From positions 496,001 to 560,000 of the forward strand of contig JAYWIR010000035.1 of assembly GCA_036172245.1 (NCBI GenBank): a stretch of 64,000 nucleotides of DNA, in the 5' to 3' direction. The position numbers and the translations under genes were made by a program. This DNA is from Raillietiella orientalis. Taxonomy: Eukaryota. Within the stretch, counting starts at the first letter, position 1. Each line of letters starts with the position of its first letter. The notes under the pieces are model-generated. The model saw only the letters and a program-made list of their open reading frames with translations. It did not search any database and was not told the origin of the DNA. Below, in pieces: positions 24,000-37,150 of the stretch.

Positions 24000-25500
24000 C
24001 GCTATGGCGCTGCAAAGTGGCAGTCCTCTTTCGGAGCCACCCAAGGGACGTCCGTGTAAAGCGCGAGCTCCTGCTGCGAGCTCCCTTGCGCGAGGGGCCT
24101 GCGAACTTTGGGATGTTTGGAGCCTTCCCGGTTCCAAACGTAACGGGAAACGAGAGTGAAGCCACGTGCAGACGAAGGATGAGGTGATTCCCGAGTTGGC
24201 CTGTCTGGAAGAGGGAGGAATTGAGTCGGTGAAGAAGTCAGTCTCCATGTAGATGGCAGTGTTGAGCCTGGATACGGAGCAGGACGAGCTGGAAGGTTCA
24301 CCTCGGAGGCGGATGCACAGAAGAGAGGGCTTCCATAGAAGGAAGCAACGTAAGAGACACCTCATCTAATCTCCAAGGCAACCTGGCGTATCCTCCTTGA
24401 CTCCTCCAGCCGCAAAACAGTGGTCCCTGCGGGCCATTTTTGCAAGCTTCTAGGAGAACTCGCTCATTGCCACCATGAACTGTATAGATTTAGAATGCTC
24501 CGCACTTCAAAGGAAGAAAAGTTTCCTCGAGGGGTATCCTGGCATCGGAGTGCCTTTAATGGAGGCAGTCAGCATGGTGACCCTTCCGCCTCAGAGATCT
24601 CGAGTTCCCTTTCTACCGAAGTCCGACTGATTTTCGCACCCCCCTTGAGTTTTCTCTCTTCTCTTTCTCTTTCCCGTCCTTCAGTCGATTCAGCAGTTCG
24701 CAGGCATCGCTCTTTGAATGTCTTCCCGGATTGTGCCCTCGTTCCCGCCAAGCTGAACCCCAGAGGACCAGCTTGGCTTTCGACGAAGGGCAGCACTCGT
24801 TCGTCGCATCCATCCTAACGGAGTGCAGCGTGATGTTCCAGGATTTGCACTCCTGCCGGGATGAGTTTGCGACCCGACGCCACTCAGGCGGTAACGGTGC
24901 GTCCTTGCTCGACCATGCAACGCGCGAGTCCACCACTGGGCAAAGAGGAGTGCGGCCCGGACTGTGCTAGGTGCGGGGAATGAGAAACCTTCCCGCATCT
25001 GTTTTTGGATTGCGTTGCCCTCCTGAGTGTCCGGGCGCGCGTTGCTGTGGTCCTCCCACTCTCGATGGACGACGGCAGAGAGGTCTTGCGGCGCCTCTTC
25101 GCGCGCGACTCGATGTCGCGCCTGCAGCTTCCCTTGCAGCAGCTCCGTGCCGCCTTCGTGGGACTGTAGCGTTGAGAAGCCGCGCCGAAAGAGGCCAGCC
25201 GAACGGTGAGGTCATCCCAATCGTCTGCTCCTTCATGAGGAAGGCAACAAGATGGCCGTATCTCTGCCAACAAAAGAAGGAAATTGCCAACGTCCTCCAG
25301 AGGATGCTCAAGACGCCAGGAAGAAATCTATGATCCTTCCACCCCCCTCCAAACACATTTTTAAACTGAATTTCTGTTTTTTTTCTTTGTGTTTGCCCCT
25401 TCTCGCACTTCTCTTGTGCGGACGGCTCTCGTCGGGGGAGGGCTGCTCAAGCGCCTCCGAGGCATTTCTTTTCGTAGTGGTGATGTGAAACGAACACGAA
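24000..25500 (-). pseudogene. BTB-BACK-MATH remnant, LRB/POB1-like; sister of 56900-58720
   Basis: SHEGGTELLQ...RVAREEA and GFSFP (BACK), RLNTAIYME and LYTDVPWVAPKEDCHF (cf. LRB-type LFAIPWTSFMAEDS). Nucleotide similarity to 57200-58070 on the opposite strand. Confidence 0.55.
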
Positions 25501-25599
25501 GAAGGATATTTTTTATCTTGTATATGACTGTCTGCATGCGTGTTTTACAAATATTTTTGACAATAAACTCCCCAGCGTGACCTGGTGAAAATGCTCGAC

Positions 25600-26400
25600 C
25601 CTAAGATGGCTCTTTGCAATGCGAGTTTCCGATTCGAAGGGCATCCTAGCGTGATTTTCTCTGGAGAACTCTTGAAACGGATACCACAGATCCGTGGGGG
25701 CTTCGGCGGGTGTCAGTCAGAGGTTCCTCATCCCGGATAACTAAGCAGAATTTCGATGTTTTTTTCATCTCCAAAGAAAATCAAATGAAACAAAGTCCTT
25801 CTGAGCTTCCCTATCTAAACGTACGGGGCAATTTTTTCCTCAAGAAAAATAACTCGCCATCTCGAATAATAAAAATCATGATAATGATAATGATAGATCG
25901 TGTAAGGAGATATAGTTTTTCCATGTGGCTCATGTTGACCTCGTGATATCGAGCAATGAGAGAAATTTTCCCGAAGCAACACACACACTTCAGTGAATTG
26001 TGTTTTCGGTTTCAAAGGATAGCCTATTTCCTACTTTCCACGGAATAGGCATAATTATACTTCAGAGATCTGGAAAGCGTAGGATGATTATCAAAACACA
26101 CGACAGTTATCGCACTTAGCGAAGCAATTAGAAAGATGGGGCTCTCGCCATATTCATTACACGTTTATGCTTTTACAAAAACACGTTCGCTCGCTCGTGG
26201 GCTGTAGGCTCGTTACTAAGATACGGGCTCGGAATTACAGTATCAGACAACTAGCCATTTGTTCCAAAACCGAAACGGGCATCACTCATTCCACAGTAGA
26301 ACCTTTTTAAGCAATTTAGACTATTTAGAGAATAGCATTGGCAAGCCATGTTCAAGCGGGTAATGAGTGCTACATTATTTTCCTAAATATTAATAAGTCA
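25600..26400 (-). pseudogene. BTB-BACK remnant, AT-rich
   Basis: VF**SSYAFQISEV*LC (BTB end) and EVCVLLRENFSHC (BACK start, ORF 25815-26015). Confidence 0.45.
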
Positions 26401-26539
26401 AGAGTAATTACTCGTGCAGCCGGTGAAGGCGCAGAAAAGTATTTCGTGTTTCAACATTGGATAGGGGAATGCAATGAGATGAAGCTGATAGGAATTAGGA
26501 ACAGCGTGGTTGTAGGATAATTAAAGTGACGCTGCGGAA

Positions 26540-27700
26540 GTTCGGGAGAGAAGATGGCCGAAACACCAAAACCAATTCTTGAAAAGTTTTCCGGAAGAAG
26601 ACAGCCACTCGGAATCCAAACACGACGATGTCTTAGACGAATGGTGAGTGATCACGGAACGTTTCGCAGATGGAAAGTGAAATCCACATGCTACCGACGC
26701 CGCAAGTTCTCTTGAGCTGGTACCGTGTACAGATATTTCTTCTCCTCTTTCCAAATTTTGCATCTTGTCAAAGGGATGAGAATGAAGTCAGGCCGAGTTT
26801 GCAGCTTTCGTCTTCAACCGAATCCGTCCGGAGCCTCCAGCTGCAAAAGAAACGTATTTGCTCCCAGCGGAAGCTGCTCCGAAGACCAAAGGCTTCAGCC
26901 AACTCCTGCATCTGTACTTCTACGATGTGCGGCTTCTGGATGAAAAAAGGAAATGAAACAGCCCCGCGCATGAAGTGGAACACATACAGATGCATACATG
27001 CTGTTTTACAAGGAAGACGCTGCTGGTGTTTCACTGCTGCTCTTGCTCTACGGTTCGTTACAGTCCTAGCCTGGTGTGGTGAGAATCTTCTGATGCACGA
27101 ATATAAGGGTTGGACTCTGCGCCTTGGGCGTCGAAGCCGCTTGAAAACGCATTGCTCAGTGAAGGGGAGTGCGATGGGATGTTGAGATGCAACCGCAAAC
27201 GATCCGTACGTCCACCGATCTCACTCGACAGTAGAACACTCTTCTGTTCTATGTGTCTCGGGACGTGGGCGTGCGCTATCCAACCAACCATCAGATCAGA
27301 TGACACTGCAGGACACGATTCTGATCGAGAGATGATGATTCAGATGCTTTAGTACTTTGAGAGATTTGCGAACATCCATGGCACCGAAATGGTCGTATCT
27401 ACGCTATCCCGTTGGGGCACTCGATTTTTAGTTGACAAGATAGGATGAGATCAGTGAAGGTTCACTCCCTACTCAACACTTGAGCTTTGAATGTTTCGAC
27501 TTGCCGACGGGCCTCAGCAGGAAATTTTTACCAGAGCTTCCGTACTCTTATCAAGATGGCAGCTTTCTGGTGCCATCTGGGGATGGGAAACGGAATCAAA
27601 AAGAAAAAAAAGAAAGCGAGGTACAGACGATGTTCATCGGGAATCTGTGTACATCCTCATCAATGAAATGTATCGAATATATATCTCAGATATATCAATA
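26540..27700 (-). pseudogene. BTB-BACK-MATH remnant
   Basis: HRFPMNIVCTSLSFF (BTB start), RLRLHLNIPSHS (BACK end), SSFRWEQIRFFCSWRL...CKLGL and HVDFTFHLR (MATH-like, cf. LRB-type VDYEFAAR). Confidence 0.5.
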
Positions 27701-27899
27701 TTTCGAATAGCACATTTCTAGTTTTGTAGTCAGCGTCCTTGAATCCAATACTCTCTCTCTCTTTCGAATTAATGTCCTCACCTAGTACCAAGTTTTGTTT
27801 TAAACTGTTGTTTCCTTATCAACAAACGCAAACGTCCCATTCATGGCGTTAATAATTTGATGTTTGGGAACATTGTCTTCAAGATAAAGCACATCGGTA

Positions 27900-29200
27900 G
27901 TGGAGCGGATAACGTCCATCAGACTTTCCTGTCTTACTCGCAACCATCGTTAAATTTAGGACGAGACATCATATCTGAAATAATTCACCGTTTCATTATC
28001 CTAAGAACATAAAGTGCCTAGAGCGAAAAAAAGCCATTGGGACATTCTTTCATAGCTGCCGGTGATCTCAAAGCGAGAGAAGAACAGTCATAATATAATG
28101 TTGTTATTATTATTATTATTTTATGAAAGCGAAGGATTCACGTGATCTCCTGGCTACAAAATGCCTCCCAGTCTGTTTTCGAAGCCAGTTTTCGCAGATT
28201 AGACTTTCGCATTTCCTTTCTTGTTTCTCTTTTTGTTCCTCTCAGTGTCCCTCTGTTACTTGTTTTCAAAATTCAAAAGAAGAATTCTGCAGTGCTGCAG
28301 ATAATTGGAACCTCGCTCTCCTCGACATGTAGAAAAGTATGAGAAGAAATTCCTGGAAAATCCTTCTATGCATGGTGGGGCTCATCTCAAAAGCTGGCTG
28401 CCAAGAACTCAGAGGTTAAGTACAATCTAATGGCTCGTGCATTGCTGTTACCTTCCTGGGAATTTCTTTGTTCTTAACTTTGCCAGCTGCAAAGTGATCC
28501 CGGTTTCCGCGCTTGCCTGCGTCATAATCGCGTCCTGATGAGTCTCCGAGTGGCTATCGGCAATTCGTAAGGAACACTTCCAAGAAGTGTCTGGCCGAAG
28601 AACAGACCTGCAGGTGAGCGAAGACCGCCAGCAAAGCAGTGCGTTCAGATACCAACTTGGCAACCAGGAGACGGAAATCGGATTTGAGGAGGTACTTTGC
28701 GAGAAAGCGACCGAACGAGAGAGAGACATTGGATTTCCCAATTGGCGTCTGAGAGGGAAAAAGTTCCCAGGAAGCAAAGAGTTGAAGTAGATTCAAACTA
28801 GGTGAGATGGCGCAGGTGTGCAAGGTGGCTGCAAATGGTGGGGTGAGAGGGCGATCGATGTAACTCGTCCTGAGTTCCCTTATGGGTAGCGTGCGCATCA
28901 GGATTGGGAGGACAGAGAAGCTGGAAGGTCTTCCGAAACAGCTTCGCAAGCTGCGCTAGAATACAGTAGGATCAGACGATCTTCTTTTCTGGATGCGTGT
29001 CTGGTCTGAGGAACGAGAGAATCTCTCACGAAAGAAGACTGATCGCATTCAGATTCACTTTCGCTTTCCTGTGAGCAAGGTAAACAAACCCGAGGACTGC
29101 CCGATTCTCCTTGGTGTGCAGGCACAAGCGGATGGAACCGTCGTGCTGGACATGAGATGGATCGTGACCGGTGCACTACAGCCCAAGTTTCCTGAGGAAA
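27900..29200 (-). pseudogene. BTB-BACK(-MATH) remnant
   Basis: RRIGQSSGLFTLLTG (BTB). ORF 28554-28949 has PIRELRTSYIDRPLTP...SLNLLQ...KYLLKSDFRLLVAKLVSERTALLAVF (BTB end plus BACK lL.sd.L.v.sE..vl.av). Confidence 0.7.
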
Positions 29201-29439
29201 TCCCAACGACGCCCTTGCTGCTCCAGTCAGTTCCGGGAGAAAAAAAAAAAAAATTGATCAAAGAGCATTGCGAGTTCCTGGCACTCTAGGAGTTCCGGGA
29301 GGAAAAAAAGGAGAAAGAAAACGAAAAATATATTTTTTATTCATTCACATTCTGAGTGACGGAAAATGTCGTTCTCCAATGCGGATACCACGCGTCCACA
29401 GACCGCAAAAGGACCGAGATGGTCGCGTGGGAACATTAA

Positions 29440-30465
29440 AGGAGCTCATGCGTTGGAATCGAAAGCTCGGCATGCTGTCAGTGAGGAAGGATTTTCCTCA
29501 GGCTGGAATTATCCATGGTACTCTTGTGTTGCGCTGCCACAAGGGCGATTTCATTTCCGTCCAGGAAAACGCGTGACAGATGCCGTTTTGTGTGACAAAG
29601 ATTGCAAGACGACCGAAAACCTTCAAGTCTCGAAGCGACTGATGACCTGAGATCCACGATTACAGGGATTCCCGACCACGGAATTCTGACCCGCCTAGAC
29701 AGCACTCTGCATCCTGGATGCGGATGTGCCACTGCTGGTCCCATCTGAAAAGCAGCTAATCTCTGAGATCTTATCGGGTTTCCTTGGAAAACATGGAGAA
29801 AATCAGGGAATGAACTGACTCGGTTGCTAAGGTTTTCTCGGAGGTTGTGGGTTCTCCCAACTGCTCCATCCGCTGTTCCCTCACCTCAACGTCAAACCGA
29901 GCATCTTTCCTTCCCTTGCTTCCCTTTTACGAGATTCCAAAAAGCCCTTTCATCAACAAGGAGTTGAGGCTTTCCTAAAAGTACTTGAACTGCAGCTGCA
30001 GCAAGCGAGAAACACGATTTCTATGGAAACGCTCTAAAAACAGCCCGCAATGCACGCGTTTCTCCATAGATGCAGCAGGTAGACCTTGAGACGTCTTCGT
30101 GGATCCCAGTGTCCCCGCCTGTTAGCGTGCATGCTTGGAAATCTGGAAGTAGAACGGGCGAGGACAGAGGGTAGAGAGAGAACAACCCGAAACAAAGAGC
30201 TGCACAAGAAGCTCCACTTTCGGGGTCTGAGAACGTGGGTGAAAGTCACTCGCGGCTGGCCGGCAACACGGAACCGCAAGCGATCATACTGCGTGCGCTG
30301 CAGAAAGTGTTGATGAAAGCGGCGGCGGTGTCATTCATGCATAGTAGTTGTACACCTTGTACATTCTTTCGTTGCAAAGCTGAAGAACGGTACAGCCCCT
30401 GCTATCTTTTCGAGAGAGGTGGGAAGTCGCAAACAAAAGAAACGCACACTTGAAGAATAAAACAT

Positions 30466-30505
<40 letters not shown>

Positions 30506-30900
30506 TGAGCGAAGCTGCAGCAGTCATCTAGATGTGATCCCGCAACTCAGCTTCCGTGTGCGATGATCAGGACTCTAAGCTGCAGAGGCGTCTATCTTTC
30601 TCCTCCTCTAACTAAGCCATGCCACTGGTAGGTGATGCTGGTCATGCTGCAGTCGGTGATGAGGGCGTCTTCAAGCCCACAAAGCGCGTGGAAGGCTTCC
30701 TCCTCCACGTCGAGGTCGCAGATTCTGGAGAGGGGTAGCAAAGTGCTCCAGCGGATGCTTCCGAGAATCGAATTCCACACCACAGGCGACGCATGCCTTG
30801 AGATCGAAAAATTGGCAGCGTCTGATTAGCAACTGGTCTCTGGACGGACGCGAATGGGTTTCAGGGTTCGTGAAAGACATGCCAGTGGGATGGGATCAGA
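29440..30900 (-). pseudogene. BTB-BACK-MATH remnant interrupted by (TG)17
   Basis: DQLLIRRCQFF and DLDVEEEAFHALCG (BTB), DTAAAFINTF (BACK), SVHSLIFSMFSKETR*DLRD*LLFRWDQQWHIRI...VFGRLAIF...HAFSW...SFLTDS (MATH in one frame with stops). Confidence 0.7.
30467..30500. repeat. (CA)17 microsatellite
   Basis: Read directly from the sequence. Confidence 0.95.
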
Positions 30901-30979
30901 AAAGGAAAAAGGTGTAGGTGTCGACTGAAGACAAGCAGTGGCATTTTTAATATGAGCGTTCAGCTGTATGGGAAATTAA

Positions 30980-31760
30980 TGGAGGTTGCTCAGCGAAACG
31001 TTTCCGTGACGTGGCATTTCCGCAGCGATGTCATCACCGAGGGCTGGGCTTCTGACGAAAAACGCCCCCGACAAGTAGCCCCTAATGATAGACTTGGTTA
31101 ATGGTTTTGCACGTCTGCGATGTCTTTCCAGGAACAGATAGATCCGAAAGCAATCTTGGGTGAAGATGAGTTTCTTCCGCGCCCAGTAAATTGAATGCAC
31201 TGGCTCTTGCTAAAGATGCTACAGGGAAGCTCTTTGCTGAAGACGTCGTGTGAGATTCGGGTATATTTTAGGACTGTTCATTGGCTCAGAAAAAACAAAA
31301 AAACAAAAGATGCTCCTAGACTCCCTCGTGATGTAAAGAATTGAGAAATCAAAGAACAACTCCCAACGAGACAGCGTCTAAAAGGAAGGAAATCTATCAA
31401 AAGTTCTACTGAGAAAAGTTTCATTCTGGTCTCCTGGGTTCGCAATTATTGAAACCTGGATGTTCGATCAAGGATTGCCTTATGGTGGGCTGAAAGCGTT
31501 GAGACATCGTCCTGAACAGTGCACCTCGCCGTGGTACGCGACCAGAACACTAATCTGCACATCCCTTCGTGCATCGCACGAGGGGAATGCAGAAAGAAGC
31601 CCCACCAACCCAATTCCGGGGGGAATCTTCACCTTTGCGCAGGAGGTCAAAGGAATGTCTAAAGGTGCGGATTCCTGGACAGGTGCAGCGGAGGAAGATC
31701 ATCCGAAGTCATTCGGTGTATCCCAAGGACACCTCTGAGCCCACGTCAAACGAGTCGGTG
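30980..31760 (-). pseudogene. BACK-MATH remnant, LRB/POB1-like
   Basis: IFLRCTCPGIRTFRHSFDLLRKGEDS (cf. LPLAGIEAILSSDDLQVASED) and CFRIYLFLE...IRGY...HGNVSL (ORF 30976-31200). Confidence 0.55.
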
Positions 31761-32299
31761 GTGGATTGATCAGGAATTCAGAAACATCCGAGGGATTTGG
31801 AAAAAAGAGCAGTGCGTGTGTCACAAATCAAATTTATATCGGTGGGAATTTCAATTCATCTCATCCCCCCTCCTGAGCCATTAAGATATCTTCCCTTAGA
31901 ATATTGAAAAATTATTCACACTAATTTAACGAAGACGTAGTAGTCTTGGGGTGAGCTCAGATAAATTGCCATATCATTTTCTAGCTGGAAATAAGATATT
32001 CAGGGGTATTATCTCGTTTTGTTCTTTCACCGCCTCTTTTTTTTTTTTTTTTCCTTTTACCGTATCATGCCCTTTGAAATCTGTGCTTGTATAATTCATC
32101 TCACATCTGTGCTTTCCTCATCTCGGAAAATCCATCTGGATCTTTCATAAGTTTTGTGCTAAACACGTGGATTACCTGGGCTGGTAAGGTCCGATGTCAA
32201 TGAAGATGCCTGAAAATCCCATTGCATTAATCAAAAGGATGGTCTCGCTCGTAATGTTTCTTTTTTTTCTTTTTTTGGTTTGCGTGAAGCCTTGCATCA

Positions 32300-33150
32300 G
32301 GAACCTGTCGGCGCCATTTTCTTAAGGAAACGCGCAGCCATCTATGAGCCGTTTCGTGAGTTTACTGAACTCTGGCAAAGGAGCTTTTCCTCCTCCCTCT
32401 TTAAGATTCAAAACAGTTTATTAGCATGAATGACATTTTGTGGATCCTTTCCCATTTCGCGCTGGTTGTAGATACAGCCATCCGATGGAGCTCATAGAAA
32501 TGAAATAAACTCATCTTTTTTGCAAAAGCTTTACGTCTTTACGCGCAGGCTATTGAATTTGCATAGAGTATTTCCGCCTGTTCCTAAAAGCATGGTAAGT
32601 AGTCATGGAAAGAGTATCAGAAGTGACGACAAAGAGGCTGCGTTACTTCCATGAAGGTCCCAATTTAAACGTTTATCAAAGGAGTTTTGCTTTCGTGTAC
32701 AGCATGTAAGACATACCCAGGTGATTTGTCCTGGTTGATGGTCATGAATATTTCATGAAAACGCAACTCTAAACTATTTATAAAGCAAAACCGATAGTCT
32801 AGAAACGAAAGTGTTTCGTCTAAAAGCATTTCGTGACAGATGTTTCCCACGAAATTTCGTTTCGGAATGTGCTGGAGCAGTGATTTCGAACCCCGTCATC
32901 TTCTCCCTTGATTCTGATCTTCACAGTCGCGGAACAAGCTGCCTGCGGTGTCCTGTGATCAGGAAGCTGTGCATGGGTGAGCCTGGAGGAGGCCAATCTC
33001 CCAAGGAGACGACGCGGTGGCAGAACTGGCACTTCCGAAAGAGGGGGTCGGATGGAAAATTGGTGTGCTGCTCGAATAGGGGGAAGAGCCGATCGATTTT
33101 CAGAACACGGGGTGTCGGTGTAGTTCGGTGAGTTTTCGTTCATCGGCGAG
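32300..33150 (-). pseudogene. BTB-BACK remnant
   Basis: GVRNHCSSTFRNEISWE (BTB end) and LLDETLSFLDYRF...GYVLHAV (BACK). Confidence 0.5.
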
Positions 33151-33199
33151 GAGTTTCACTTAAGTCGCACGTGCCAAGGTGATGATGAACACGAAATGG

Positions 33200-33900
33200 T
33201 GCCTCCCCCCTCCCCTACAAGTTGGGGGTTTTCTGCCTCGATCCCTCATCTCGAGGGCACGTTTGCGTTCTTCCGATTTCGCCCAGCTGCTTCACCCGTT
33301 TCTCTCTCTTACCACCGACCTTCATCCCCCTCGAATACACACGGGAACACGCGTGCACGTTTTTCACTATCGCAATGCCGGGTTTGTTTCATTCTTCCCG
33401 GTTCACCCTTATCGTGATTTCCAGAATGTCCACGCATTAATATTAAAAATCCTGGGCCTCTTAGAAATTCATGATTTCCCTGCAAAAGTATTGGCACGTT
33501 CTCATATTTCCCGACTCACTTCATCTCATTAATAACTAGGCAGCCTCTCCACCGCTAGTCACTCATAGGTCGCTCGAGACGAGAGAAACTTGCGAGCGTT
33601 CATCCTGCGATAGGTGTCAATGGTTTGGCCGTGCTCGCCCTGTCCCCCGACGTTCCGAGGTCTTCGAGTGCCTGCGTGGGAATCAGTCGATTTCTTCTGG
33701 AGAACCATCAGGACCCGCGTGTACTCTTCGTCCGGAGCTCTACGGAGCTGATGCGATCCCGGAACCTTGGAAAGATTTTTGATGTTCCCGTGTTCTGAGC
33801 TTGGATCAATGCGCGCCTGTCTCGTCCGCGTTTCATCGTAGCGACCCCCTTCGCCTCCTCCCCTCCTTCCTTCTTCCCCCTCCGACGCATTCCTCTCGTT
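33200..33900 (+). pseudogene. BTB-BACK remnant with BTB open in one frame
   Basis: ORF 33179-33532 has LQVGG...RLRSSDFAQLL...PRIHTGTRVHVFHYRNAG...QNVHALI...LLEI. After stops the same frame gives NLRAFILR* and PTFRGL (BACK). Confidence 0.75.
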
Positions 33901-34065
33901 CGCGAGCTCACCTTTCGAGAGGAAAACCTCCTTCTCCTCCTCGTGGAAGACGCGGTGTAGTTTTCCGAATCTTCTCGACCCTTGCTGTTGCTTCTTCTTC
34001 CTTCGTCCCGGTTACTCGTAAGAATAGGAACGACAAAGTGCTGCTTAAGATGATGGTTCTTGCGA

Positions 34066-34088
34066 ACACATATATACACCCACCCACC

Positions 34089-34173
<85 letters not shown>
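34066..34173. repeat. Compound microsatellite (TA)n(CCCA)5(CA)~38
   Basis: Read directly from the sequence. Confidence 0.97.
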
Positions 34174-34177
<4 letters not shown>

Positions 34178-34599
34178 ATCATTTCCGCACACGCGCAGTC
34201 CACGTGATCGTAGTCTTCGTCGAATGCTTCCCGCCTGCAGCCGTTTCAAGATGAGGGGGGCGGCTCAAGAGGGGAAAGAGAACGAAAGGGTGTGGTGGAC
34301 ACCAGGATGGTACCCTGCGAGTGTTTCTGCGCGCGCTGGATACGCGTGCACGGTGTCCGTTCCACATTTCACGCAGGACCGGAATTCAAGCCGGCATCTT
34401 AATTGGTACAATTTGTGGAGGCGTCGGCGAGGAACAAACGCGAGAGGCTCGCACCAAGAGGGAAGAGGAACGCGCTCCCGGCACGCAGGGATGGACCTGT
34501 TCGGGTAGGCGAATGGAAGAGCAGGAAAGAAAATCCTTCGGAGAGAGGTGATTGGTTTTTCGGGGGAGGAGGGGGTTATGCGAGAGGGATGCCGGAACC

Positions 34600-35350
34600 T
34601 CTGACGCTGATATGAATCCTGAGACAGGTTTTTCTTGCGTCCTCCTTTCGGGTCCCGGAGGAAAACACCCCGTTTTGGCCTCGTGTTCTCCCCTTTTCTC
34701 TTTACCTCGTCGATGCTTTCGTCTCTGCAGTCTCGGCAGGTGGCGGTCCGTCGAATGTCTCCAGCCTCACCTCATGGCACCTGCGTTCCTCTTGCATTCC
34801 CTGCAGGAAAGAACGATGCAACTCATTCCTGCATCCTGCGCAGGCAAACCAAGGAGGAGGACCCTGGAGCGTGTCTTCCGCTCGTCACCGGAGTTCTGTG
34901 CGGAACCACCTTTACTGCTGCCGTCCCTGGACGGATCCTCCCTGCCGCAAGGCATCCCATTCCCTGTCCTTTGCTACGGGCACGCAGAGCTGAGATTCAA
35001 TTTCGAATCGCTGCGGATCCCCGGGAAAGACTCAGCTGCCACTCTCGCGGGCGCACCTGAGATGGAGTGCGACCTCGACCAGGAAAGGGCGAAAACTCGG
35101 AGGGAGGTTCACGTTCCCAACTGACACGCCAGATGTGTGCTCAGCTTCCAGGAGCTCTCCTGAGACATCGATTGCTTCTGAACACCGCACGTTCAGGGAG
35201 AGCGGCCCAGTGACCCTCCTGCCGAAGGTGGATCAAGGTCCGCTCTCTGATCCCGAGTGCTGTGCAGAGGCGCGAAGGGTCTCTCCTCCCTGACCCACCT
35301 GAGACGGTCCCACATGACCTCTCTTGAGCGCCATCCCAGGCGCTACTTGA
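34600..35350 (+). pseudogene. BTB-BACK remnant
   Basis: ORF 34552 has ETGFSCVLLSGPGGKHPVLASCSPLF (BTB fsDv...VLAs.Sp.F) and LRFNFESL (BACK). Confidence 0.7.
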
Positions 35351-35739
35351 AAAGGGTGACACTCGCAGCTCACCTTCCCGAACTTGGTCTCGGGAAGGGA
35401 GAAGCGAGTTCAACTCGAACCTCGCAGGAGGGCGGTCGGGCTAGAAGAAGAAAGTAGCTCAAGGCAAGAAGGAAAAGATGCGCGCTGTGCGGCTGCTGGG
35501 TGGGGACAGCCTGAGGAGCGAGATGCCTGCACGTCCGGGGACGAGAGCAGCCCGTGGTTTCCACCGAACGTCCCGCGGACTCCGAAGGGTTTCCTTTTCT
35601 TTTTGGTTCGCCAATTGCTGAAGAACTGCACTCTCCCTTAGGAAGGAAGAGGGGAGGGGGCAAGCAAAGGAAAGGAGGGATTTTCAAAACCCTTTAACGC
35701 TATCTGTGCCACCCGAGGGTGAATTTGACTCTTCAAGTT

Positions 35740-36420
35740 ATAGTGCGTCACCCCGGGATGTGACCACCGTATGGATCCAGGAAGGGCTCCGGAGGAAGGA
35801 GTCCGTCCCTCTTACTCTTGGGAGGACAATCCAAACCCGGGTTGTCTCCGAAGGGAACCACTCCCTCATTCTCTCCGGAAAGATCCCCTGGAGAGAGCAG
35901 CAGATCCCGACAGGGAACCGCTCCTGCTTCCCTCCTCCGAAGAAAACACAGGAGGGCGCTCCCCCAAAGGGAGCAGCGCGCGCTTCTTGCACTTCTTGCT
36001 TCCTGAAAGGGTGCCGGTGGATGGTTCGGATTCCAATCCCGAGGCGAGGGGATGATCCCTTTGCTCCTCTCCGTCATTCGGTCAGGAATGTCTGATGACC
36101 GAGGAACCTTGTTCCCGAGAGCCGCTTGCCCGAACTTGTGGGCGACAAAACGAGGCGGAGCGGAAGAGGAGGTGCTCAACACGGGAGGCGTTTGGATCTC
36201 CAAGCAGCAGCAGCCGGTGGGGACGAAAAAAGGTGACTTCCATTCGAAACCAGCTGATTTGGAACTCCACCTGTGCCATCCTCCATCCGCAGGAGGAGGA
36301 GTGTTTTTTTTTCTTTTTTGGCAACTCCTACGAGCCAGTTTTTCCTCGATGGCAACAAGATCCATGCATCCATCCAGATTTATTGAGCTGTCTTCTCCTC
36401 CTCCTTCTCCTTTTTTGTAG
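35740..36420 (+). pseudogene. BTB-BACK remnant
   Basis: PRDVTTV...VPLTLGRTIQTR (BTB start) and GAEEEVLNTGGVWISKQ (BACK EeeV...W). Confidence 0.55.
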
Positions 36421-36716
36421 CCATTTATAAAGTTACCGACCGAACGTCTGGAGTCCACGATGGCGACTGCGAAGCATTTCGATTTCGAAGTGAGAATGAG
36501 GCCTCTCTGTGAGACGCTTCCCCGAGACGGGGAGGCGAGGCTGTCTGCGGCAAACAGCGGCGACGGCGGCGGCGGACGCCACCGCGGGATCCCCCCCTCC
36601 GCTTCGGGGAGTGCGCGTGGACCCCACCACGGTCCGTCGCGGAGATCCCGCCGTACTGGTCGAGAGACTCCGGCAAGTGCGCGCGCGGGAGGAGGAGGAA
36701 AGCAAGAGCCTAAGAA

Positions 36717-36749
36717 GGGGTAGGGGTAGGGGTAGGCGGTAGGGTAAGG
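36717..36749 (+). repeat. Short (GGGGTA)n G-rich repeat with G-quadruplex potential
   Basis: The sequence ggggtaggggtaggggtaggcggtagggtaagg has four tracts of at least three G. Confidence 0.7.
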
Positions 36750-36859
36750 ACGGAGTCCTCCCCCTCCCCGGTTCCGCCCATCGAGCGGGGGCAGGCGGGC
36801 AGGCAGCGACAGATAATTTCATCACCGCGCCTCGAGAGTAGGGACCGACCCGGCGTTAA

Positions 36860-37150
36860 AAACATCGTGATGGCCGCGGCGTAATCGTTTGATACCCCGT
36901 GCGCGGAAGAGTGTCAGCTTCCCCGTCGAAGCACGGGGTGACGCCGCGGCGATGCGGGGGGATTCCTTGCGGGATGAAATATGCATGATGAAAATTCATG
37001 AAATATAAAACGCATCCAGAGAACTCTCCTCTCGGAGCCGAATGCCGCGCACGCCGAAAGCGGGAATCAACGTCGAAAAGTAACGACAAATGGAAAGATG
37101 GGATAGCGCGGAGGAACAATAGGCTGGAGATAAATCGAATGTTCTGGCAT
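36860..37150 (-). pseudogene. MATH-like C-terminal fragment
   Basis: PSFHLSLLF...AYFIP...CFDGEADTL (ORF 36856-37119). Weak match. Confidence 0.3.

Noticed and set aside
29440..30130. Stop-codon reassignment (TAA/TAG as sense), suggested by a long protein-like minus frame broken mostly by TAA/TAG, and TGA at a Trp position at 238-240
   Set aside because: All three stop types and many frameshifts interrupt the domains across the window, and stops replace different expected residues (Trp, Tyr). This fits random nonsense mutation.
36717..36749. Telomeric repeat
   Set aside because: Only a few degenerate GGGGTA units, internal to the window, and not a canonical array.
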